Positions 1-13,608 of a stretch of DNA of 64,000 nt are shown here, piece after piece. The stretch covers positions 2,046,001-2,110,000 of the forward strand of contig CM039007.1 of assembly GCA_017499595.2 (NCBI GenBank), written 5' to 3'. The notes beneath the pieces were generated by a model. The model ran no database searches. It saw nothing but the letters and a program-made list of their open reading frames with translations, and was not told the origin of the DNA. This stretch comes from Psilocybe cubensis. Its lineage: Eukaryota. A program made the position numbers and the translations under genes. Numbering within the stretch: the first letter of the stretch is position 1; every line of letters starts with the position of its first letter.

Positions 1-1315
1 CGCAGAGGGAGAATTTACAGGTGGAAAGGTCTCTTGGTTGGAGAGGTGGAGAAAGGAAGGAAAGAGAGAGGGGGGGAAAGATTATATACACCCACCAGGG
101 CGAGCAGTATACGATCGATCGAAGGAGGGTACCAACATGTCCACACAAACGCGTACGCGAACGCGTCGAACAGGTTGTCAGATCGATAAATATACCTGAG
201 ACAACCTGAAGATGGTTGGAGGTCGATCGAGAAAGCGAAAACTTTGGATTGTCCCTCTGAACGTCGCAGTGGACTGGAAGGTATAGCAAAACAGCAGAGC
301 CCAGAAATCCTTGAATGGACAGAACACATCCACTGAGCACAGAAAGTACAAGGACATAGAAATTGTGTCGCAAAGTATCCTCCAGACATATCAACGACAG
401 AGGTGATTAGTTTGAGCAGCTACCGAGACGGATGCCTAGGAAAGCCTGACGAGAATACCAAATCGGTCATCTTCCAGATTTGATCCAAGCCTTGGTAGGA
501 AAAGCGCAGAGAAAAACAAGTTTCAGGGTTTTGAAGTGCATCTAAGGTTGAACGTTGTTGAAGTCCAACGATAACCATCAAGCTTTAAGGTTGTTGCCCG
601 CGAATTGGACGACTGTCAGGGCAAGTTTTGCAAAGTTCCAGTCAGAGAATCACCATTGGTGAGGGCATTTTGATGAAGAGATAAAGAATCCAAGATAATC
701 TGAATGAAGATGTTTTTCCCTCAGTACATAGAGGTGAAACGAATGTCGACGGCTAGCTCAGAAGTTGGAAGTCGAAGTTCAAGTTGATTCAAAACGAAGA
801 GACTCGGCACGTTGTCGGCAACTTCCACTGCGAGAACAATGAAGGCTTTTGATTGGCTACGTACATAACTAAATCACGCGGATCACGTGTACCGTGTTTT
901 ATCGTCGCGTCGCGTACTAGCACTGGCTGCCAGCAGCATTGAGTCGCTTCACTAGAAGGCGTTGGATTTACAATCCATTACGTAGTCAAAAAGGCGGCTT
1001 CGCCGCGATTACCTGCCATGGAAAGACTGTTTACTATTGTGTACCAGATTACATATAATAATTATATTACTTCATCGGAATACCTGCCCATGGCTGGTAA
1101 CATCACTTGATTCTATGCTAAATAGTACAACAAGCCAATGTTGAGTCAAAGTGGGCATAATCAGTCGTAAAATAAAGCACCTAATTTATGCTTCGTGTCC
1201 GCCGATAAATAGACTCGGAGTTTAGCAGGGCTGGAAAGTTCGATTAATTGTCCATAGATAACAAGAAAAAGAACGTAAAATATACGGATGATTCGCAAAG
1301 AATAAGAAAAGTAGG

Positions 1316-1979
1316 TTACTTTTTTTCAGCTTGTTTCTTCAAGCTATTCGCTGCACCAGCAAACCCTTTCTTCAGTTGCTCACTAGACATATATCTAATA
1401 AGATATGCAAGTAACCCTCCAAACGCTTCGAAGTTCTCGTATTTAGTCATCCCCGTCTCTTTATCCACGCTCAGCGCCTGTGTACGCAACGAGCGAAGTA
1501 TGAAGTAGGGAAACATTGCTGCTGTCCACGAGATACGATAATTCTCTGGCTCCAACATAGAAATCATGGCAAAGGCGTCGCCTCGGTCTCTTTTGTTTGG
1601 ATCTTCTGGAACATCTCCAGGATTCATGTTGACGAGCATATCAAAATATTTTCCGACCTCAAGCTTTTGGTCTGCAAGGGGCCGGCGAGTATTGTAGTCA
1701 ACTAACACCATTGATCGCCTAGGTTTGCTTGATAAGAATTGGACGATCTCAAGCGCAACAAATATGACTTTTGGCGTACGTGAAAGTATTCCTAGACCTA
1801 TCTTTCAATATCATTATTCTTGCTGTTTTCACAAATTGTACTGACCACTTTTGATAGCTTGGGAAGTCCATGAGGATAGACCATACTTTGTCAATAGGCG
1901 CGTCAATGAGAATCGAGGATGTAGTAGAAAAAAGATAGTCGCTGGCATTGAACGGAGGAAGGTTACTGCAGGATGTCAT
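1316..1979 (-). CDS. SRPBCC/START-like (polyketide cyclase/dehydrase fold) protein, paralog 1; 3 exons
   Basis: N-terminal SILIDAPIDKVWSILMDFPSYQKW, then a 12-nt microexon (1780-1791, NTFT) and C-terminal TKYENFEAFGGLLAYLI...FAGAANSLKKQAE, typical of SRPBCC folds. GT-AG introns join ORFs 1749-1979 and 1316-1711 in frame. Confidence 0.8.
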
Positions 1980-2613
1980 TTCGGTTGGTTCTGGTGGAAT
2001 GATAACTCAGTAACTTAGGGAGTCGATGGGGAGACAATGGGATGGAAAGATGAACGCAAGCTAGTCCTGATTATATAGCAATTGCTGAAGGACACATATG
2101 GAGATCCTAACCAAAAAATTGTTAGAAGCAAAGTAACTCGATACAGTGCAAGTGGTAAGTGAGTCCGGTCATCTCAGAACAACGACAAGATCCAAGATCC
2201 GGTGACGTGGAGTGTGTTCGCCCTAGTTCGACGTTATTCGCATTCAGTGACAAAAGAAGACAAGATCAGTTCTACTTCGCGTCGTTCAGTTCGTTCGATG
2301 TCATTAATCAAAGGGTCTGGTGATCGAAATCGTGTTCAACAGAACGAAAACACCGGTGTGACATAAACTTTAGTGCAAGGTGCTCTGAACAACCTGAATA
2401 AGACTTGCTTATCGCTTTACGAAAGCATCTGATTGGTACCTGCAGGGTGACATGATATTCCAATATTATCCGCTTACTGAATAAAGATTTCTGAGGAATG
2501 GTGCTTGATGATTGACCGGTACAATGGTGAAGATTTTGGACAGCGGAGGATTCAAAAAATCGAATCATATAGAAGTCGAACGATGCGAGCCTAGGAGGGG
2601 GTATGAAGTAGTG

Positions 2614-3278
2614 TCATTTTTTCTCAGCGTGTTTCTTCAGACTGCTCGCAGCCGCAGCGAAACCCTTATTCAGTTTTCCACCCACAAAAAACTTCACAAT
2701 GTAGGAGAGGAACCCGCTGAACACCTCCCGGTTCTCGTATTTTGTTTTCCCACTCGCCTCGTCGACGCTAAGTGCCTGCGTGCGTACTGATTGCAGAATC
2801 CAACTCGGGAACATTGATGTCGTCCAGGCGACGCGATGAATATCTGGTTCGAGAGTCGATATGAACACGAAGGCGTTGCCTTTGTCCAAGTAGCCTGGTT
2901 CTTCTGGGACATCGCCTGGGTTCATGTGCGCACGTATATCGATGTACTTGCCCAATTCTAGAGTTTGGTCTGCGAGAGGTTGGCGAGTATTGTAGTCAAC
3001 CAAGACCATGGAGCGTCTGAGACGTAATTCAGAATGAAGAGATGCATTGCATGGAAGCAAAGTTCACGTACGCAAATGTGTTCCTGTGAAAAAAGTGGGT
3101 CGGTTAAGATGATCGTTATCCATGCCTAAGTGCTGGCAAGCAGTGTTACATACCAGTTCTTGTATTCAGGAAAGTCCATGAGAATGTCCCATACCTTTTC
3201 GATTGGAGCGTCGATGAGACTTGAAGATGACACAACGAATACATGGTCATTGCCAGTCAGAGGTGGTAGATTAGACAT
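2614..3278 (-). CDS. SRPBCC/START-like (polyketide cyclase/dehydrase fold) protein, paralog 2; 3 exons
   Basis: MSNLPPLTGNDHVFVVSSSSLIDAPIEKVWDILMDFPEYKNW, microexon 3072-3083 (NTFA), then RSMVLVDYNTRQPLADQ...SLKKHAEKK. Clearly homologous to 1316-1979 with the same intron positions. Confidence 0.8.
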
Positions 3279-3792
3279 TCTACTAGTGGTTCAGCCTAAG
3301 TCGGGTATTCTGGTGAACTGGTGCTTTAAGGAGGAGCTGGGAACGTGAAGGCGAGATATTCAACTGGAAAAACTGCTCCCAACAGCCCTTGATTAAATAA
3401 AAAGTACCAGCATCAAGGGTTGCTTGGAATATTGGAAGAGAATGGGAGAAATGACGAAACTTGATGGTGGGAGCCCGTTGGCCCGGCAATTCACTGTCAG
3501 TGTGTCGGCAACTTCCGATTGATTGCACTTCAATTTAGGGGCCTATGTATACAGTAATTGTCACTTTCAGCCTTCACTGCTTCAGTGCCTACCATTATTC
3601 AAATCTAGTGGCGGGGTAGATAATTTTGAGAAACTTAAAACTAGACAATAAATATCACGATAAAGGTCCACAAAAAATGGGATATAGCATTGTGAGAATA
3701 GTAAAAACCCAGACATATTTCCGACGCGTACTACATGTACAAAATTCAGCTAGTAGATATGTTGCCAACCCTAGATATCAATGGCGTAGAAG

Positions 3793-5776
3793 TCAATTGT
3801 TACCTATCTGCGTAATATCTCTGATCTTAGTTCGTTTGATTCGATTTTCTGTAATCAAGAAAGGTTCAGGCAATTCAAGATCATGTTCTGCCCCCGATCC
3901 ATTCCCAGCATTCCCCAATATCATACGCGCCAATGCACGTCCACTCAGCCACGCATGTACCATACCTTCACCGCTATATCCCGCACACACCCATTCACCT
4001 GCCGGTGCCAAATGCTCACCATCCACCGCTGACGGCTTATCGTACGGTGGGCGAGAAGGTTGGGGTGCAGGCTCTCTCCTACCAGACACTGAGGGAGGAA
4101 CGCGCCCTACCCAAGGATTTGCGTCAGCTGACAGGCCAACCAAGCCAGACCACACGGCTTTCACGCGCCCCTTTCCCCACTGCACGTCCTCAGTCTTTCC
4201 AGCCTCAATGTCATCCGCCTCTGACCCCTCTTCACCCCAGTGCCTGCCAAAATACATAGGCAACGAACCGCTTAGGTATGCCTCAACTGCAAAATCTGGA
4301 TGCGAGTCATCGGTGACGCCGACGACATTCAGCAGTGCCGACTCACTCATCCCACCAAGCATCGCTCCACCACCAAACATGAGCTCGCCTGCGGTAGGCA
4401 GAGAGGATTTAGGCGCCAGTGTTTCGCTACTGTCAAGGGCTTTTGACGGTACTGATTCGATCGGTGTTGGGAGAAGCTGGGTAAGGTAGTCGTACACGCC
4501 TTCCTCATGGCCTGGGTAAAATACATATGCGCGTGTACCAGTCCAGTTGGACCGAGACGATGTGCAAGTGGGGACATTGGTAGGCGCCGGCGCTTCAGAA
4601 TTTTGGGGTGTGGTAAGTTTAGAATCTAGATTGCACTGAGAGGAAAGACCCTTCCCAGGCCGTTGACTTGACATGTGTGCCTTCCAGGGTACAATTTTCT
4701 CTCGTAACCCGGGGAGAAGATGCGAAGACCAGGCGTTCGTAGCGTGGACAACATGCCGTGCTTTAATGTCGCCCTTAGGGGTGGCGATGACATATGTACC
4801 GTTTTCGGTCATAATTCCGGTGCAGGGCGTGCGTGTATGTAATTGGAAGCTGGAGATAGGGGAAAATGGGTTTAAGAGTCAGTGGAAAACAGATAACGAG
4901 GGAGAAATAAAGCGTGTAACGTACTTAGAAAAGTTGTCAAGAAGCTTGGAGAGGATCCCAGTAACGAGACGATATGGGTGAATAGAGGCCCCAGGTTTAA
5001 TTATCAACCCCACTATTGAGGTTGCCAATTGGAGCTCCTTAGGGAAAGTCAATGGGCGTTCGGACTGATGACAAGACAGAACTGACCTCGATTGCATCGC
5101 GGTCCTCCACTATTCCAAACCTTTCGCCAATGTCGCTGGGGACTTCCTTCAAAAAAGCCTTCAACTCGTCAGTTGCTTTTTCAAAGAACTCAGGCTGAAG
5201 AAACGCGTCGAAATTGTCCACAAGCCTGGCTTGTGAGTCGGCCGATAGTCCTTCTGCTTTAGCAACCTCAATGAGAGCCGTGATATGGGCTAAACGAAAA
5301 CGAAGGATTTGCAGCGCTACAGTAGCGCCGTGTGCTTTCTTCAGGCGGAAATACTCGTTGTATATAATCGGCGATGCATGGCCACCATTTCTGCACAATC
5401 CTTCAGTGAAATGATACATTTGCTCTGAGTTTTATGCTACTCACCTTCCGGTTGCACCTGAGCACGCGTCTCTGGCTTCAACCATAACGACGCTCAACGG
5501 GGTCGACCGTGTATTTGAGCATTCAAGCAAAGCCTTTGCAATTGAAGCGCCAGTGATACCGCTCCCAATAATAACGATATCAGCGTATTGAGGCAACTCT
5601 GTGTCTCGTCCGTGGTGGGCAATGGGAGATAAAGGAATTGTCCAAAAAGGAATCGAGGAATTGAGCTGAGGTATTCCAGGAGGAAGCGATATACGTTTGG
5701 ATGCGGCCTCGTATTCGTTTAGTACCGTTTTAAACCTCTGGAGGATAGGTTGAATAGTTGAAATTATGGCGCCCAT
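3793..5776 (-). CDS. FAD-dependent oxidoreductase (DAO/PuuB-like family), multi-exon
   Basis: Rossmann motif DIVIIGSGITG, EARDACSGATGR|NGGH, HVVHATNAWSSHLLP, and C-terminal WSGLVGLSADANPWVG / AGYSGEGMVHAWLSG. Confidence 0.88.
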
Positions 5777-6536
5777 GGTAAACGATGCTTGTTTGCTTAA
5801 TGTTCTGAGAAATCGATGTTAAATTCGTCGACTTTATGCAGCGGATCTTGAGCTTTCTGAAGCAGGAGATAGATAAGCTATAATGACAGGTTTCGAATAG
5901 GGTTTTGACATACTATGTGAGAAATGATCCTAAGACATCTACTGCTTGTGGCGGAGATAACACTGACAGAGGTTTGGACGTTATTCTTTCAAATGTGATT
6001 GTGGGTGGAGATAGAGTCCGAGAATGATTTGTCGTACGAGGAAAGAAGGAATGAACATCGAAGGTCTATAGAGCGTTATGGAATAATATTCGACACCTTT
6101 TTTGCAAGGAAAATGATCTCGAATCGGCAACCTCCTGGACCGGAGCTCATCATCATCGGGCCGAGTATATGCTCTCGTTTCGCCACTTGCCGCCGAGTCA
6201 GCCTGTCCATGCTGCTACCGACGACTTCAAGCTGAGTGATTTCTGTCCGTTTTGCCACTCGTTCGCTAGCAGATCATCCGACAAACGCCATTTCTCCGTC
6301 GCTTATGGTCTAGGGTGATGTATCATTTCTCTGTTCAGCCCAAGTTCAGCCACAAATAACTAGTATTTGGGTACCTCACCGCCTGCCGACAACATTTGCC
6401 CTTTTGTCTTGGTTTAATCCGTCTAAATCGATTTATGATGATTTGGGGTACAATTCTACACCTATGATACAACTCGCCGAGATTCCATCGTGCCAAAAAG
6501 AATGACTATGCTACAAGCGCAGACCCGCCCGCAACT

Positions 6537-7109
6537 TCAAACCATAGCTTCATCTACATCTTCAAGAGACGCGTCCGACGCGCGCCTGCCCTTCCTCTCC
6601 GAGAATTCGAGGTTGTAATCCCACTCGCCACCGAGCTGGACGTCGGGGACCTTGGACCGCCTGTTGCCGCGGGCCTTGGCCTTGGGCTTCCTCACAGCCT
6701 TCACCCTGCTTGGGTCAGCAGGCTTGCCATTCTTGTCGCTGCTGCTGCCGGAGTCGGACAGGATTTCATCAGAGTCGCTCGCGTCAGACTTGGTCGCCGC
6801 GTCGAGCGGCGTGGTGCCGTCGAGAATGCGCGCCTCCTGGGCGAGCATCTCGCGCATGTCAATGAGCGTCGACTTGATGTTGCTCAGCTCGAGCTCGCGC
6901 TGGAAGATGTCTTCCAAAAGGTCGTTGTACTGCTGGACCTTGAGCCGGTAGTCTTTGGGTGCAGTAGGGAGGCATTCAATGCGCTCCTAATAATAGGTTG
7001 ATCATTAGATTAGATTAATGAATCAATAGAAACAAGAGTGGAATGGAATGCGCACATCGGTGACGGGGATGATAGGAGAAATAGATTGGGTCTGGACAAG
7101 GTCGGCCAT
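6537..7109 (-). CDS. Hypothetical protein, 2 exons, coiled-coil plus acidic/basic tail
   Basis: MADLVQTQSISPIIPVTD spliced (GT..AG) to ERIECLPTAPKDYRLKVQQYNDLLEDIFQRELELSNIK...; strong GC3 codon bias in exon 2. Confidence 0.6.
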
Positions 7110-7785
7110 GGTGAATGATAGAAAAGATATAGTTTGTTGTCGTGAAAAAAGAAGAGATTGAGATGGGTATCTACAAACCTGGACAGGTCGAGATGAGGTA
7201 TTTCTCTCCCATCTAGCGGCCTTTTGTACTCCAAGCAACAGGTCAGGCGGCAAAGTCCACCAGGGCGATGATATCAGGTATCGATGAATGCTTGTTGCCT
7301 CGAGGCTGCAATGCCCACGAACCCCCGTTTGTCATTTCCGCAGATACACGCGCATCACACGATGTCTTTGTGATAAGTAACAAGAAGAACAAGGTTATTT
7401 CGAAATTCAGGTCTCTCAGTGTTGCTTACAGAAGGTAATCGTGATCATAATTTCAATGTAGCAATCAATATGATATACGAGCATAGTACAATCTACAATA
7501 GGTGGTCTGAGGGATATTGAAAAGGGAAAATGAATAGTATCCGCTTTGCGTTCGATCCGTGCGAACTGCAATGGGAATATAATCAAATCTCAGTCATGGA
7601 TTCCGCGAGGTGGGTGTATTATCATCAAAACCGTCGGGCATGTGGGCTGGGCTGTGGAAGCGATTGGCCACAATCTTGCGAGAATAAAGGCTCAATGGCG
7701 CGAAGTACCGGCTTGCTTTGTCTGATACTGGGCAAAGGGTATGGAGTTGTGGGTTCTTTAACACGAGTAGTCGCACGCCTTTAGT

Positions 7786-8333
7786 TTAGTCTTCCTCAGG
7801 GATTGATGAGAGAGAAGACCTCTTTCGCCTGTGTCCTGGCTGAAACGCGGATGGGGACGGTGCTTTGCGAGATGAAGACGGGCGAGATGAAGACACCGCA
7901 GGGACCTTGCGAGAAGATGACGGTGATGTAGAATAGAGGACGAAGGGCTCTTCGTCGGATGAAGAGAATTCGTCTGAGGAAAGCATAAATTCCTCGGCAA
8001 GGCGGTTAGCCATGAGCTCAATGGGATCTCCGTATGGTTCCGAAATTAGTTTCATGCGCGACTAAATTAGTGGTTCAGATCGTCAGCGTCTGGGGAAATA
8101 GGTATATAATAGGCAATAAAACTCACTGGAGAAGACGCGCCCGACGAACGGGGACTCTGAGTAGGGGAGCTGCTGCGCGACTTGGATGCATTTATAAACG
8201 CGATGCGTTCGAGACGCTGGACATCTGACTCTACGAAGCCCAACTGGCGCCCTTTGCTGTCGTATCTGACTTCTGGAAGGGCAGTGACGAAGGGGGCACC
8301 GAAGTGGGAAGGCAAGAGGATGTTGGAGGACAT
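7786..8333 (-). CDS. Hypothetical Ser-rich protein, 2 exons
   Basis: ORF 8067-8333 joins ORF 7786-8055 in frame through a gtgagt...ctaatttag intron. A TATA box (tataaa on the - strand, about 8441-8446) lies upstream. Confidence 0.55.
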
Positions 8334-9755
8334 TTCTGTGGCGAAGAGACTTGTAAACTAGATGGGTTGGACGCGAAGTAAAACTGCGGGCGAACTGGAG
8401 GACGCGGTGGATGAATGGAGAACCATGACAGGAGTGCCGCCTTTATAGCAGGGTTCAAAGGCCCTGTAGATACGGAAAACCATGAGTCATCACGGGGAAA
8501 CCAAAGTGATCGGCTAAGATTAGGCGTCTCCTGCTGATTATTTGTCGCTGAGGAAGATGCCGGTGACAAACCATTCGTCGCCGAAACGAAACGTTGCCCC
8601 GCTGACTCAGTCGACCCCATCTCTATTCTTGCTCTAACCTCTCCCTCGGGCCCCTTTCACCTCGAAGTCTAGCTTGATTGAATACAAGGCCTCGAGCTTT
8701 AACTGATAACTTGCTTTGTCGTTCCTGCTTCTTGCATCATTGGCATGGTGCTCGACTGCGAAGACGTCGTTGTGCTCTGTGATACCGCCCGTCCTTGGCG
8801 CAAACTCCGCGACATGCAAGTCAGCCGCGGCCTTGGCGATCAATTATTGAGGCTGGCGGCAGTCACGACGAGGTACCCTAGGACCTACGGCGTATGACGC
8901 AGCAATCATGCCAGGTAGGGCGGTGTAGCTTAAACATATGCTGACACGTCATCCAGCCGTTGACGGGCCATAGCATCCCACACTCGACAATGTGCATCCA
9001 TATTTTGTTCATTTCACGCACCCCTTTCCGAGAAACCAAAATAGCGCAGTCAAGACTCATCTCGGCCTCGTCATCCAGAATCCATGTCGTAAAGGTCGCC
9101 CTGCTCAATGCCAGTGATGCCTTCCATATTCGTCATCATAGCTCTCGTTCACTCTGGATTTCACTGGAACGACAATACATTAGCAGTAGGTGGCTAAACA
9201 CCCGAACCCGGTACTGATACTGTTGGACAGACAACAAACTACCGCGATTCCCAAAGGTAGCCCGGGGATAATCAATCGTAATTCGGGGCCCGGGAATGAA
9301 GAGCAGCAGCGCATATCTTAAGACGTCTCTAACCCTTGGGTGTGTAGTGAAGTTTGTTACTTTTGCATATCTTATGCATCCTACTCACCCTACTGCTATC
9401 CGACGATCGTCATGCCGATTTTTCATCCATTAGATGGGCGCTAATCGCTTATCCTATTGTTGCCAAGCTCAGATAGCAATTATCTTAGATTTGACTTGAA
9501 TTTGTCTTGCTAGGTACCCTAGATCCACGTTACGCATTATTGCGTATGATTGGCGCGCTATATTGCTGGTAACATGAGGTTCTTGGGTCTCCCTAACTTA
9601 GTCACTAACGAATTGTTTACTAGTTCAGTGGTTTGCATTGACTCTCTGGAACGCGATGTACTCCATATTCAAAATCGTGACACATAATGGATGACTAATG
9701 ATATTCTAACTTGTCATCTTCCATGATCGCAAGTTCAGTTGGCAAGTGTCCAAAT

Positions 9756-10448
9756 TCATGAACTGCAGGTACAATCTGGCGGGACTTCAGTAAATCAGCT
9801 CATCCTCCTCTAAAAACGCGTCTGCATACCCTGATGCAAAGGCAAAACGTATCCAATGATTCCTGCATCAGTCCACCCCCATCTGTTGACCATATCATCC
9901 CGTTCGCTTTGAATGGTTGTGTAATAATGGTCAGTAGCACTGGCCAGCGCAGCAGCATACAGCGGGATGCTATTGCATATCTGAGTGGAATAGATATATG
10001 CAGGGATAAAATTCTCCTGATAGCCAGCTACAACTGGGACCGTGCCGTCCGTTGACAATACGAAAATGTAATCGTTCACTGTTGGGTTAAACAGACGGTG
10101 AAGAGGGAAGGTGAATGGCTGCGCCGTATTCCATGCACGGAAAATGTTGGCTTGGAAGGCAAAGTCGGCGTTTCCTTTTGTGAGTGAGTCTGCGAACTCG
10201 GAACGCATTTGGATAAGATGGAATTTCTTGGAGGGGCTGTAAGATTGGACAAAGACGTTGGTGAGAGTGGGGTCGGCACAGGTGTCTGTGGTGCGTCTCT
10301 ATCAAACTAATTGTTAATGGATATGAAGTCAAATGGTCGTGGTATAGCGAACCTCCATCGTTGAGTTCACTGGCGGTAATTGGCCATTTGCAATCACAAC
10401 ATGGTTGATTAGGAATGCGACTATGAGTGGGATAAGAGTTTTCATCAT
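9756..10448 (-). CDS. Small secreted protein with DUF5648-like repeats, paralog 1; 3 exons
   Basis: Signal-peptide-like MMKTLIPLIVAFLINHVVIANG; motifs PLHRLFNP, PLY...TDHYYTT..ERD..GW...GIIGYV; the last exon encodes DCTCSS*. Confidence 0.7.
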
Positions 10449-11562
10449 CGGATTGAGTTTGATGGTTCGTAAATCAGAGGTGGATTTTACTAATTTCTTG
10501 TGCAACAGGTGGCCATTTTATAGCACCCTTGAGATAAAAAAGAGAAGGTTCCCCTATTAGTACCATCAATGGACTCATCGCTTCAATAGAGAGGCAAACT
10601 ACACCGGAGTTAGGTTCCTGGTGAAGACATCGACATGTGAGGTTGATTGTCATATTACTGGATACTTGCTCAAGGGTTCAATGCTATAAGTTTCCCAAAA
10701 TTTGACAGTCTAGTACCTAGCTATGCCACCGTGAATTCAAAACGAGATACACGCCTGTCGCGATATCCTAGAGCATTTAACAGCATGCAACCTTAATAGT
10801 TGGCAACATAATTAGAACCTGAACAATATTTTTAGTAAGCCTGGTGAATTATCTATACTTCTTTCAGGTTCTTCGAGTACCATAACACGTTTGAACGACG
10901 TGTCTGTGGCATGGGCATTATTAAGAGTATTTATGACTGGACGATCACATGGATTTAATAGCTGACCTTGCAATGAATACACACAATGAATACAAGGCAC
11001 CTGTGTTCCGCCCTCGGCGCCTAATCGCTCCGCGGGACATACCGTACCACTGACGCGCCACATTCGTGCTCAAGTAATGTCCGAGAGGGCGCATATAGCA
11101 GCCTAAAAACACTGCATTGACCGGAGTTGCGTTTACTGTGGATGTATTAATACTGTACATCTATCATTTGTCGAACTTTGAGTGAAAGTTATAATTATAG
11201 ATCAACAACGTCGGGTCAAATTGAACATGCGAAAAATCACCGCATCCGGAATCAGGATAAGAAACGTAAAATAGCTTTTACCGACTTATTGTTACGGCGA
11301 AACTTTCCATAGATACTTACCGCCAGGTACAACATTTCAGACATCGGTTGAAGGTGATAGCAAATTTATCAATTGGCCTCTTGACATCTTGCAGTCTAAG
11401 CTGGGACGCGCCACGGTCAGTTGGACCTCAATCTGGTTCGATTCAAATTTGTGTATATAGAAAACAATATTGAAGCCCCTTCATGTGCTGTACTAGGTCC
11501 AGTATTGATGTCGTCACTCCGAGTTTGTTTCCGTGTAATCATTGCCACCTGTCAGTTCTTGT

Positions 11563-12263
11563 TTAAGCTCCGCAACTGCAAACTAATAGACATCATCAAC
11601 AACGGCAACTCATAACCAAAACCATTATTTGGGTTACCTGGAGTCAAAGGGAGGACATAACCAATGATGCCGGAATCGGTCCAACCCCACCTATTAATCA
11701 AGTCATCACGCTCACTGAGAACAGTCGTATAATAATGGTCGGTGGCGTCTGCCCGAGTCGCTGAGTAGAGCGGGATGCTGTTGCAGATTTGAGTGGAGTA
11801 AATATACGCAGGGATAAAATCGCTGTGGTAGCCAGGAACGGCGGGGGCGTTGCCGTCCGTCGATAAGACGAAGAGATAATCCAGAGGGGGAGGTGTAACG
11901 AGACGATACAGGGGGAAAGTGGAAGGCTGGGGCGTATTCCATGCCCGGAAGATATTTCCTTGGAACCCAAAGTCGCCATTTCCAACTGTGAGTGAGTCAA
12001 CGAACTCGGTGCTCATCTGGATAAGGTGAAATTTGCCAGACGGGCTGTAAGACTGGACATAGACATTGGTAAGCCTCGGGTCAGCACATCGGATAGGTGC
12101 AGCCTGATTATAGAGAAAGCAATGAGTAACAAGGAACTCAAAACGGGAAAGGATACATCACCTCAACGGTTGAATTTGAAAAGGATGCTGCGACATGCCC
12201 GCTCGCCACTGTGATGTGGTTGACAAAGAGCAAAAGTAGAAGAGACGCAACAAGTTTCAACAT
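11563..12263 (-). CDS. Small secreted protein with DUF5648-like repeats, paralog 2; 3 exons
   Basis: Signal-peptide-like MLKLVASLLLLLFVNHITVASG; core nearly identical to paralog 1 (FIPAYIYSTQICNSIPLY...TDHYYTT); the last exon encodes VCSCGA*. Confidence 0.7.
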
Positions 12264-13608
12264 CTTGAATGTAGGGCTGTAGCTAATGAGAGGACGGTCA
12301 GAACGTAGCGGTTATATAGGTACAGGTACGACGCCCTAAAAATAATCATACCTTTTGTTGCAGGGCAGTCACTGTACTATCTGGAAAGTCTGCCAGTAAT
12401 ATTGACTACGGCAATTAGATTCCGAGGCAGAGAAAATAGTAAGTACTGGTATAACCTATGTGTTTGTGCCGTGTGTTCTCAGTATGCATTAAACTAGGTA
12501 TCCAACACGCTAGTCGCAACGCCGTGCTTCCACTGGAAATGCCAACGGTGTTCTTACAAAGGTGTATTTTAGCATTAACAAGGCATTCAATTTTTAAATT
12601 GATTACTCACATAGCCAAAATCACCAAAGCCGATGCAAGTACCAAGATAGGCTAATAGCATTGCTAATGAATGTGACTAACTTTGACACCAATGATACTA
12701 AGGTGTGTTTAAGAGGCCCCGCGCCGCATGCTACTTCAAAATGTCAAAAACAGGCCCTAAGGACCATCTTAGCTTGCTTATGTCCACTTAGTTTAGTATT
12801 TTATCTTTGTCTCTGTAGTTGTAAGTAGCTATGTCTGCCAGAACGCTGGGCGTCTGTTATTTCCGGATGCGGACATGCTTGGGCGCTTCAGCAGATCATC
12901 GATTAATGGCCGACTGTTCCAAATATATCAGCAAATTAATATCAACCGCATTGTGCGATGGTGAGCTAAGTGACTAGTAGGACAATGGGTCGACAGGGAC
13001 AGTATCACATATTGGATCTTTCTGCAAGATATGCGATCTAATACTAAATAGTCATCTATAGTCATCGATTCCAACGCTTAGGCCTCAACCGGCATTTTAA
13101 AAAGAGGTCTTGTACTTCCTTTACCTGAGCTTCTACATCTATCTTCCAGTTTTTCCTTGATAGGGGAAAAGGCGATGCAAAATTGTACGTACTAAACTAC
13201 ACGGTTGTGAAGAATAACATCAGAAGGTATGCAAAAAGTGTAGTAATGGACAAAAAGATGTGAAGGCGAATTGGATCTAAAGATGTACGTCTAACGATCT
13301 CGAGGCAGTAATGGCTACAAAGTGCATTCGGACGAGCATAATATGGATACAGTTTTTAGGCCGTTAAATAAAAATCCGAGAACAGGGGGAATAGGCCGGC
13401 AAGGGAAAACAGCAAATAAAAAGCATATACGACGAAGGATTAAATGGGTCCATAATAAAATTGAATGCCACGAAGAAAGCAGGAAACATGAAAGCAAATA
13501 GAAAGCGATACGTCAGATAGGTAGTAGATCATTGTAATCCATGAATTCGCAAAGTGATTGTGCGAATGTGCGGGCCCTTTAATCAATAAAGGACAGTCTG
13601 CTGGTCGT

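Noticed and set aside
1-760. ORFs at the window start
   Set aside because: No recognisable protein. The purine-rich tract and TATA-like element look like the promoter/5' region of a gene outside the window.
3626-4489. 287-aa + strand ORF
   Set aside because: Antisense to the FAD oxidoreductase exon; no independent coding signal.
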